A stretch of DNA of 64,000 nucleotides from the NCBI GenBank assembly GCA_013265495.1, contig MU058423.1, positions 5,068,793 to 5,132,792 of the forward strand. The letters run 5' to 3'. Positions 54,040 to 64,000 of this stretch are shown one piece after another (the first letter of the stretch is position 1; every line of letters starts with the position of its first letter). The DNA is from Vicugna vicugna. Taxonomy: Eukaryota. The position numbers were made by a program, and so were the translations under genes. A model generated the notes under the pieces. That model was not told where the DNA came from and did no database searches. It worked only from the letters and a program-made list of their open reading frames with translations.

Positions 54040-55176
54040 AACGACGTGGCATCTGCCAAGCTCCTTACGTGTGTAACCCAACCAATGTAATTTCCAGTCT
54101 TCACTGTGCTTTCATTTAAGTGTGTAAGTAGAGCTATAACCGCAGAAATATAGTATCAGTATCAGTATCAATGACTCTGCCCTTCTACCTCACAACATTA
54201 CCTCCCCACAGTACTGAGCATGGGTTGACACTATTTTTCTCAGCCATATAATATTCTATAGCATTGACTTCTATAATGTATTAATTATGTTATTAATTGG
54301 AATTTGTGATGTAAGATCATCCCTTTATATTCCTGAAATATTTGACTGGGCTTTAATGGGAACAATAGAATTGAAGTGTTCTCTACTATGTGGGGTGCTG
54401 GGTAGAAAGGCCTTTGCCTAATGTGCTATGAGACTTGTTCAGTAGAACACATCTTAATGGTTTTGCCGTAAAGAGCTTTTGTTATAAATAAATTTTGTAG
54501 TAAACAGTGTTTAGCAGCCAGTCCTTTGTAAGAGGTATCTGTCTGTATTATATAATATGAGTGGTAAGAAATTCTATACGCCCCTCCTTCCAAAAAATAT
54601 CACTTTGCTTTATTTCTTTAGAATAAACCATTTTATTGAAATAGTTTCAATAACTACAAATGTGCTATCTGGAATAATTTAAACATGAAGTGAACCCAAA
54701 CTCAGATGGTTAGAATATTTGTTATTAATTATTAACAATATTAATAGTTTATAATTGGAGAGAAAGAGATAGATGATTTTTGGTGAAGGAAACTGGCAAC
54801 TATTAATACCTTGTTTCAAATAATACCTTGTTTCTTTCAGGATAGCTAATTTTGAATATATTTGTTTTACTGTATTTTTTTCTTGTAGTACTTATTATGA
54901 TTTTCTGGTATTAGATTTTTAAAAAAGTATTATTTGACTTTGCGTATGGTCTTATGTAAATAGAAATATCAAATCAAGCATTTCGTTCAGGTTTTATACA
55001 TTTTATTGCTGAATTTCTGTGCAAGCAATTAGACAGATAATGTAATAAGTTGAAGCTATCCTGATACACTCCTCAATGTAATATGTAATTTTCAGGACAT
55101 AACATACCTTAGTCTTTCAGTATCACATCATTGTATATTAAATTTTACTATTAAATTCACATTTAATGCTATGGAG

Positions 55177-55401
55177 CACAGGTTGGCACATTTTTTCCTT
55201 AAAGGGTTAGATAGTAAAAATAAAAAAGTTCTGTAATGGGCCACGCTGTACCTATTGTAGTGACTCAACCCCATCATTGTAGCGTGAAAGTAAAGATGGA
55301 CAATATATAAATCAATGGGCAAGGCTGTGTTCCAATAAAGCTTATGCATAAAAACAGCCGGTGGGCTGGATGTGGCCTACAGGGTAAATTTGCTGGTCCC
55401 T
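55177..55401 (+). mobile_element. MER58A hAT-Charlie DNA transposon
   Basis: AAAGGGTTAGATAGTAAA...GGCTGTGTTCCAATAAAGCTT...GTGGGCTGGATGTGGCC. Confidence 0.85.
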
Positions 55402-55850
55402 CTAATAGCTGGAAGTGAGACCAGAGGTAACCACGTGGGTGCGAGTGGGGGAAAGGTATCCTTATTCTAAAATCAAAGTAGTAGGTACGTTTCTGAGCTG
55501 AAATATGTGGTACAGAGCTCTTTCTTTCCTGATTTGAAATTAAATAATCAGTTCTAAAACTGGTTTCAGATAATAGCACTGGGCCTCAATGGAAATGACA
55601 GCTCTGTGTTAGCACTTTATGCCGGACTTTCATAGAATAGTTTAAAAAAATCTTATTATAACCAAGTAGATAGAATAAAGAAGAAAGACAATGCAGCAAC
55701 AGAGATGTTAAATAATCATTGATTGATCTCTGATGATTGTACTGGTCTGTAGGAGAGGTTAATATTCTGAGGTTACTATTATACGCTGGCCTTCAACCAG
55801 CTCTGCATTCTGCTCTCCAAGGATGAAATACAAACATCTTATTTCTAATC

Positions 55851-56221
55851 TGTGATAGATTGTACCACACTCTGGGAGAATATTATATTGCTCTAATATC
55901 ATTAACATCAGGCTGGGACATGAGACTTGCTTCAGCTCATGATATGAGAATGAAGGTGCCATATGCCTCTCGGGAGCATAAAATTTAAGATTTATCAGGT
56001 AATTCTGCCATTGCTTTTTTCCCCCTCTGTATGTGAATCTTATGTCTCAGGTAGGATCAGCGTCTCTGGCCTAGATCCCAGAAAGGAGACATCTGGAGCA
56101 AAGTCACAGCTGACCTAGAGCCAGCATGTAATGAGAGCAAGAAATAACCCTCAGTTGTTGTAACTCATTCACATTTGCGGGGTGTTTGCTTCCATAGCAT
56201 AACCTACTGAAAGCTGATGCA
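55851..56221 (+). mobile_element. MaLR LTR, MLT1I/H-like (5' LTR)
   Basis: TGTG start; CATGAGACTTGCTTCAGC; CATGTAATGAGAGCAAGAAATAACCCTCAGTTGTTGTAA; CATAGCATAACCTA near the end. Confidence 0.75.
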
Positions 56222-57380
56222 AAAATTGCTTACAGAAGTTGGTTGCTATTCTAATAAAAATACTAAAACTTGTGAGATTGACCTTAGAGCACAGCAGTAA
56301 GGAACAAGGAAATCATTATCAGACGCTGGAAGAATGGTGACTTATGTCATGCATTTGGGAAGCATTTGATAAAACAATTCCTGAAACTTCTTGAAACAAA
56401 GGCAGTATACTGAATAAATGCATGGCTTCAGGTACATTTCTGTGAAACAGAGTGGTGTTGATGTGTGCTGGGGGCCACTGACTGCACTTGACAAGATACA
56501 ATGAAGAAAGAGACCACCCAGGAAAAGAGTTAGCTGCCTTACAACCGTGGAATAGAGAGACTCCAGAAGTTCCGGGATTTACCGGGTGAAAGAAGCAACT
56601 ATTTCTCATAAGTAATTAGTAAAAGATAAAGTTGAGAATTGCTTTAAATGCAAAAAAGCAGTTAAAAAGCTCTGAGGCAGTTCTTTGCCTGTGATAACAT
56701 CTCCAAATGTTTTAAGGTACGGCCTAGTAGACCCCTGAAGGTCAACAAAATGGCTCAAGGGAAAAAGAACAACAAAGGAAGAGCTCTCCTACGTGTGTCT
56801 GATAAACTCATGTGTAAGGAAGACGTCTAGAGAGAGAAGTGTGACTGGAAGATAATTATGGACGTGGTTTTGCACATACTGCTGCCTGGAAGCAAAGAGA
56901 TTAAAACAAGATTTTGAAAGAGTTGTATTTCAGAAACGCTATCCACTTGGATCAAAAAGAGTGTGATTGCTTGGGACTTAAAATATATTCTGGGTTCCTA
57001 ACTTGCTCTGAGCAGGAAGCAGGCTAAGGAAATTGCTCAGTGCTCAAGGTTGGCATATTCTCTAATACTTCTTTCATATTCAGCAAATAATGATAATGGA
57101 AAAGCAAGGACCATTCTAAGAATAAATGAAGGACCGCGCAGAGCTATAAACTCGAGGAGCTATCCCCAGGAATTATCAGCTATCCCAAGACAGAATTCTT
57201 TAATACTGGTAAAGGAACATTTCCCACCTTTGGTTCCCTGAAACATTTGCCCAGGTAAGTTTTTGAAATTGCAATGGACCAGAGTATCTATTATCATGAG
57301 ATCTTGGACTTTCAGTCTCTGTCATGATTGGATTGAACTTTGGGGAAGTCAGTGTATTTTAGCTGAGATAGGAAGAACCA
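56222..57380 (+). mobile_element. MLT1 internal region
   Basis: Directly follows the LTR with AAAATTGCTTACAGAAGTTGGTTGCT; GCTGGAAGAATGGTGACTTATGTCATG; ends GAGATCTTGGACTTT...AGTGTATTTT. Confidence 0.7.
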
Positions 57381-58380
57381 CATCCATTTGGGATTAAGGG
57401 GATGGATGACTTGTGACCAAGATCATATAGTTTTGTCGAATTATTCGCTGTCCCCTCGAGGTAAAGGATCGTCTTCCTCTGACTATTTTCACCAAGCTTT
57501 GCGACAGCCTTGATTTGGTGAAGGAAATGTGAGTAGGACAGAGAGGTGCCACTTCTGAGCAGGAGCAAGAGCTTTCCCAACTATCACACGGGCCCACCCC
57601 TGCCCTCTTCTGTCTGCATGAGACCGGCGTGATGCTGCTTCGGCCTTTATTCAAGAACTTTAAAAAAGCCCCATGTTGCAGCCATTGCTGGGTAAGCGGC
57701 ATCAACATGCTCTAAGCAACACCTCATTGGGCACTTCTCTTCTAATAGTGGGAAAGATATAACAGAAATTTATCAAATCGAACAAATTCTACCAATACTA
57801 TTTTATTGGAAATTTGAGTTGGTTTATATTCTCTGCATGCCTAACACAGATGGTATAACTGACTTACCCAAGTCATCCAAAATGGAATCATTATATTAAA
57901 GGATGCAATAAGAGCAATATAATATTCTCCCCATTGTATTAAAGGATGTAATGTTAAAGCGTGTAATAAGAGAGCAACCTTTGGGTTACTAAAGGACTCA
58001 CTGAATCCTGCACCATTCAGAAAGTCTTAGGCAAAACATAAATTTTTCAAGTGAAATTTCCTTTTTAAAAATTCATGATTTTTGCATGTTGGTTGGTGAT
58101 TACTAAGAAAATAAAGGCATGTTGATTTGTTCTTTTCCTTTTCCATTGAGATCCAGGCTGTATAAGAAGACAATTGCTTTTTTTCTTTACCTAATTGCTT
58201 AAAGTTTGGTTGCTCTATGAATCTGAATTACTGAATAATTAAAACTATTCAGAGTTCTGAAGGAAGGTAAGCCTGACTAGTTAATTGGTGTGTTCCCCTT
58301 CTATTTAAAGCTTTGCCAGGATTTCATTTTAAATACCTGTGTTAAAATGACACTCAACTCTGCTGTTGTTTTTTTATAAT

Positions 58381-58510
58381 TTTTTTTTTGTTTTTTTGGG
58401 GGTAATTAGGTTTATTTAGTTGTTTTTTTTTAGTGGAGGTACTGGGGATTGTACCCAGGACCTCATGCATGCAAGGCATGCACTCTACCACTGAGCTATA
58501 CCCTCCTCCC
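58381..58510 (-). mobile_element. tRNA-Ala-derived SINE (camelid vic-1-like), long-tail copy
   Basis: Reverse complement GGGAGGAGGGTATAGCTCAGTGGTAGAGTGCATG...GGTACAATCCCCAGTACCTCCA, tail AAATAAACCTAATTACCCCC and poly-A; ~17-bp TSD at 58364-58380 and 58511-58528. Confidence 0.92.
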
Positions 58511-61500
58511 TGTTTTTTTTTTTATAATAATTGAAGAAACATTTATTTTAGAGTGTATGCAGGAGAATAAAGCCTGATAAACCTAATCTGGGCAAACACA
58601 TGAATAGAATTGCTTGCAATATTTGTCTTTTCTATATAGTTTTAGATTGAAAGTTACATCACAGCTCTTAGGTATTTATATGCTAACAAAAAAGATCCCT
58701 TTTTATCTAAATATGACTGTTTAAAAACCTGGGATAAAGGCTGTAGGGATAGCTGCAGCAAACCCACAGTTAGAGATCTGTTAGCCTGTGCTAACATTCT
58801 ATTTGTTTACAGTCGAACAGGCACAGCCAACTTTATTTATTGATATGTCTCCATCTTTGCTGTTCAACTATGTATGTCTCATTCTTTTCTGTTATCATTT
58901 GCTCTTTTTCTCAAAACTAATATTTTGTCAATATAGTATATTTTTAGTAGCTAAATTTAAAATCTGATAAACTGGAAGTTGGAACAACATTGGGATTCTA
59001 TCATAGAGGTTATTTTTTTAGGGTTTATGCTGAGGAATTCTTACAAATAGATCCTTCTAGAGCTTCTGGTTGCTGAAACTAGTACTATCTCAAATATTTT
59101 TTTGTGCTGAATTCAAACTTCTTTCAATGTTGAATGCAAACTGCTTTCAGTGTGCAAAGCAGCTACTGAGGATACATGAGTTCACCTTTATTGTAAATTC
59201 TTAATTTAATTTGCCTACTTATGTCAGTTGTGTCATTTTATCATTTCTTTCTGAAAAGATTATGCTATGTATTCTTACTACAAAGTGGGTAGGGTAATCT
59301 GCATTTCTTTTTCCTAGTTCACTGATAGCTAAGCTAAAAGGATAATTTAAAATTTTTTTTCTGGTGTATTTGATTCATTTGGGGGGATTATCAGTAATTT
59401 AGAATTGAATGTAAACTTCAGGAAACTGTTGCAGATGTTTCTTCTAGAGCAGTAAGTAGGTTATAAAGCAAATAAAACTAAAAAAAAAATTACTTATTGA
59501 AACCACATACCAAGTAGTATTAGAGTAAAAGTTGCTCAAGTTTATGTTTTAGATTACATTTTAAAGTGATTACCCTGCAACCTTCCAACAATAATAAGAG
59601 GACAAACGAGATGAAGACTGAAAGGCAGGATCATTTCTGCCTTATAGAGAGTGGGCTCAGCATATTCAAGGTGAAACATATGGTGGTAAAATTATTTTTT
59701 TCCAGCAATCACAGTGTCTTAAAATCATAACCTTATTTTTAGTGAATGTGTCAAGGTTGGTAAATCTTGGAGCATAAATGTATTCGACAAGATTGGAAAA
59801 TACTTACCCCCATCTTCCAAAAATATCCATGAAGTTTTCTGCTCAAATTAGAGCAAAATCAAATTATTCTTGGGGGAGGAAAAATGAAACAAAACAAAAC
59901 AAAAACAGGGTTTAAAGAGTTCTGGGAGTCACCGCCCTTTCCGGAAAGAAGTCTGCCCTGAATGTGCGTTCACACAGCTGAGAAAACAGAACTTGTTAGG
60001 AGCGCTTATGCCAGTTTCAGAGATTCATGCCTCTGAGGGGTTATTCAAAATAAGTGTGAACAGATTATTTTAGCAGTTATGGAAAGAAAATAATGACATC
60101 ACTGGGACTAACGTTACTGCTTCTATTTGGATATTAAATTATATTTAAAGTCATTATTATGATTTAAAATAATGCCTGACCTACCATATTCTTTTTTTCA
60201 GTTAAAAAGAGTTGCCATTGGATCTTTAATCAAAATATTAAAAATGCATTTCTAGTGATAATGAAATGCTTGCTCAATATTTGGTGATATAAATTCACTT
60301 CAATTAAGGTATAATAGCAAAATCATTCATAAACTGCCATTTATATATAGAGATGACTGCTAGATAGGTAAGACAGACAACAGATATGATTCTGGCCTTT
60401 TTATACAGATTGTAAGCACATGTACATCAACAGAAATGTTTTCTCCCTGTCTGTTACCTGATATACTCGCCCTATTTGCATTTCAGTTGTTAAAACTTAA
60501 AGAAATGGCCAGTTTACCTCTAACTAACCTATAAAAATAAATCTGAGATTACAGAAGCGAAACCCCCAGGCCTCATTAAGATTTTTAAATTTAAATATGC
60601 ACAGTTATTTTAGAGAAAATAAATCAGTGAAGTGGTAAAAACTAACAAGATAAAAGCTTACAACATTGGGCTTCTTATCTGCCTAGCGGCCAAAGACAAA
60701 ATCAAACCCAGTGGTTAATGACAGTCTTTGGAGCTGCTGATCAGAATATGCTGCCTTCCTTGCAGGGACAAAGTAAAGCAGGGCAAAGGAGAACCCACAG
60801 CCAGAGAACCACATAAAACATATGGTTCAGGAGCTCAATATATACTGACGCTTTAACTTTTGTAGACTGATTTTTAAGCTTCCTCTTCTAAACTTTGGTA
60901 TATTCTGAGGATTCAAATTCAGATTTACTTCTAAGTTAGTTCTTTCTGTAGAAGGAATGAGAACTGCTACTCTCACATTTTTTGCCAGGTTGCTCGGATC
61001 CATTCTGTCTATCCTTCATGCCAAACATTGCCCCTGAGGGGGTGGAAGAGGTCCGTAAAATGTGCAGCATATCAATCCTTGTGTCTCTTGTAATAAAATG
61101 ATGAAAACGGTAAGTAGAATGTGGAATCAGAGACTGTGACTACTGCCTCAGTTTCCTGCTTTCTCCTCTATTGGCATAAACTGAAGGCTGTAATTTTTGA
61201 CTGTGTTAATATAAACCTTGGGACTCCAGCCAATAGTCTAGCTGCAGTGAAATGTTAGTTCCTAAGGATATGATCAGCTGCTTCAAAATAACAGAAAATA
61301 AAATAAAAAAAATTTTCAGTGCTCAAGTAGGTTTGGCAAATGCTGCATACTGATTTCCCTTCCTGGAGAATCATAATGATATTATTAGTATCTTAAAGGC
61401 TTTGAGAGGTCTTCATGCAAAGAATTATGAGAGTTGCCCAAACAAGCACAACCACACCACCTTGTGCAAGGAGTACTTGTTAAAAGCTTGAGGAACTGGC

Positions 61501-62045
61501 ATTCTCTATGGCACGATTTGGGCAATGCTACCATAGAACAATACAGACTAAGAACTAAACCTGCTGTCTGGAGACCTCTGGATAGGATCAATATTATGCA
61601 TCCCCTGGACCACAACCATGTCTTCAGCACCATTTACTTTATATTATGGGCCTGACCTTTTGACACACGGATAAACAGTGAAGCCCTTCCCAAAACTACA
61701 CCCCCATTCTTGGCCACCCATCTTATAAATGCATTTCTTGGTGACAGTAGGGGTGGTGGTGAGATGGGGAGAGGAGGAATGGGCTCTAGGTGATGGAGTC
61801 AATCAATGAACTCCTCATTATTAAATAAATAATATAGTTTGAAAGCCTTTTCCCCCTTCTAGTTCTTTCTCTCCACTCCCTCATATGTCTGCACTGTCTA
61901 TGAGAAATTATACTATTTGCCAAAATCTATTTCATTGGGAACCAAAAGAAATTCTACTTTGGGTGATAATATTCTGGTAAAGGAGACATTAATGAAATAA
62001 CCACAGAGGGAAATGTAAATGGTAAGCTGGGTTGGTTGAATATCA

Positions 62046-63243
62046 ATCCAGAGAGAAAGCACACATATGTACAGTTTCCCTAATGGTGTATGTATGGTAT
62101 GCTTCTTTCTGTGACACAATCTTATTTACTTAAAACTTTAAATAGGTTATTTCTAGCTACAGAAAATGTAGAAGCTCACTAGTGGAATCCATTCCTAAGC
62201 TTGGAACTTCACTGCAGCGTAACTGACTCTCCTTAGAGAATGGCTGTTGTCTATAACTCCTCCTTGGTAGGGGTAGACAAGGGGATCTGACATTGTTGGG
62301 CCTGGGGACTGGGAACAGTAGTGGGTAGAGAGTAGTGACTGAACATCAGTGTTTGTTCTTTTTTTTTCTCTTTCCTGAAGAATGACTTCTAAATTGCAGT
62401 CAGAAGAAATGGTTACTTCCGTTCTCTTAGTAACCACTTGAGAATGAAAGACAAAAAAAGTATAGATTAAACTTACTAAAAACTGCTTTTCTTTTATATA
62501 CCTTGAATGAGTAATTTTTAATCAAGTAATCAATACTTTGTTAGTGCATCTAACTATGAACTCAATTCGAGGAGAGATAATGAAGGTGAAAAAGACTTGG
62601 TCTCTGTTCCAGGGCAATTACAAATTAATGAAGGTGCTAGAATGGATATACATAAAATGTATGTTTGTATTCACAGACACATTTGGGAATGCATGACAAA
62701 GAGTTCTTAAATCCTTTGAATTAATACATTACCACCATATTGGTTTATAATTTCATACGTTCTCTTACAAACTTTAGATACTGAAACTAAATGAATAATG
62801 GAATTCTTGAGAAAATACATACACAGACATACAGACACAAACACACACACACACACACACACGGGCTTCAGAAATCGTTAATCTGCTTTAGGAAATCTTG
62901 TAAGAAGCTTGCTTGTTGCTTGCAGTTGTTCAGTTTTTCACTTCATGTCCAACACATGAACTCACTGACGTGGTATAACGAACTCACCGTACCTTTACGA
63001 TACATTCTGAGAGAGAGCACACCTATGTACAGATTCCCTAATGATGTATGCTGTGCTGCTTTTTCTGTATGGCACAATTTTATTTACTTAACACTCTAAG
63101 TAGGTTATTCATAGATATAGAAAACATAGAAGCTCAGCATCAGAATCCATTTCTGAGTTTTGAACTTTACTGCATCATAACTGACTCTCCTTAGAGAATG
63201 GTTGTAGCCTATATAGCTCATCCTTGGATATCCTCTGACATAT
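62046..63243 (+). repeat. Diverged direct duplication, ~245-bp unit (62046-62293 and 63004-63243)
   Basis: Colinear similarity with an identical 24-mer TAACTGACTCTCCTTAGAGAATGG at 62220-62243 and 63178-63201. Confidence 0.92.
62816..62862. repeat. (CA)n microsatellite
   Basis: Directly visible. Confidence 0.95.
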
Positions 63244-64000
63244 TTTCAAGACTAAATTATTTCTTTCTTTCCAACAATGACCACATTGAGAAAAGTAATG
63301 TAATTTCTCTTTGGTCTTCACTCTGCTTGATTTCACTTTTAAAATTTTAGGTACATCTAATTTGTACTTCAATCTTTAATGAATTTTTTTTATTCCTTAC
63401 GCTTAAGAAAATGTATAGAAAAGACAATTAGTTTTACTGTTGGAAAATGAGTCAAGTAACTAATGGGTCAAGTTACTTTCATACAAGGTATGTTGCAAGA
63501 GTTAAAGATGAAATAGAGTTTGATTAATCAGTGCCAGTTTATATGTCTGTGGAGCAGCTGTAATGGCAAGACAGGGTCCTATGAAAATAGTTAAATGGTT
63601 TTCAAGGAGTGCCTTTAATGAGAATGTGAATACTGTAATATCATTTTCGGTCTTTATTCTGATGGAGTGTTCTTTAAAATGTCAAATGTATCAAAACACA
63701 ATTCAAGTAGTAAATATGGAATTGTATTGTTAATTCACTATTTTTGAGATTTTTCCTGTCATCATAGTCAATGTTGATTTACTGAACTATAAATTGAATA
63801 ATGTCAGGCAGTTCTAGCTCTTCCTAAAGATACGTGTTTTATTTTATTTTGCTTTGTTTTGTTTTTTGCAAGCTATATTGTTTTTTTATGCTGGTACTGC
63901 TGGTTTAAGCTATTAATTTTTCAGACAGGAAATTTTCCAGAAGTGCACCTGCTCTTTCTCATCTGAACAAGTCTCAAAATCCATCAGCTGATAGATAGTG

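Larger units (their letters stand above)
51620..54080 (-). mobile_element. L1MCa-like 5' UTR fragment in four pieces (51620-52056, 52479-52493, 52988-53196, 54040-54080)
   Basis: CCAGGTCAGTTAGGCTCTG, CCCCTGGAGTTTTTAACTCTCAGA, GTTGATTTTTCAGTCTGTTCAGCCTTTTACTTGTTGTTAGGAC and CCAAGCTCCTTAC join colinearly when the inserts are removed. Confidence 0.75.

Noticed and set aside
54804..54834. Short tandem duplication TAATACCTTGTTTC x2 (similar cases near 17844, 42670, 54150 and 57890)
   Set aside because: Ordinary replication-slippage duplications with no further structure.
62195..62437. ITIM-like VSYAAV motif in the minus-strand ORF overlapping the duplication
   Set aside because: A six-residue motif arises easily by chance; stop positions differ between the two copies and there is no receptor-like exon context.
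1..64000. Short ORFs in the six-frame track as genes, and any prokaryotic-style system (CRISPR, operon, defence island)
   Set aside because: All ORFs are 121 aa or shorter, low in complexity or TE-derived. There is no regularly spaced repeat-spacer array, and the sequence is mammalian non-coding DNA.

Overview
This is AT-rich, CpG-depleted placental-mammal DNA, not prokaryotic. I find no intact protein-coding gene, rRNA, true tRNA gene or CRISPR array. Two tRNA-Ala-derived SINEs with target-site duplications (vic-1-like), and no Alu, B1, Bov-tA, PRE1 or SINEC elements, suggest a camelid genome (inference). Roughly half the window is decayed transposable elements: L1M-class and L2 LINEs, MIRs, MaLR/ERVL/ERV1 LTRs, an internally deleted ERVL body, a full-length but dead Tigger1, MER82, MER44, MER45 and MER58. 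The only clearly protein-like ORFs are Tigger1 transposase fragments and one ERVL pol fragment. The best second-look items are: a ~245-bp local duplication that I cannot assign to a TE (62.0/63.0 kb); a MER41-like LTR with altered STAT-type motifs; an L1MCa 5' UTR carrying three solo LTRs, one with a nested MER44; a CpG-rich patch with an ETS-CRE-like motif near 2.3 kb; and two back-to-back L1M elements. I see no well-supported new biological system. Family names come from recalled consensus sequences and need RepeatMasker/Dfam confirmation. Boundaries of old elements are approximate.
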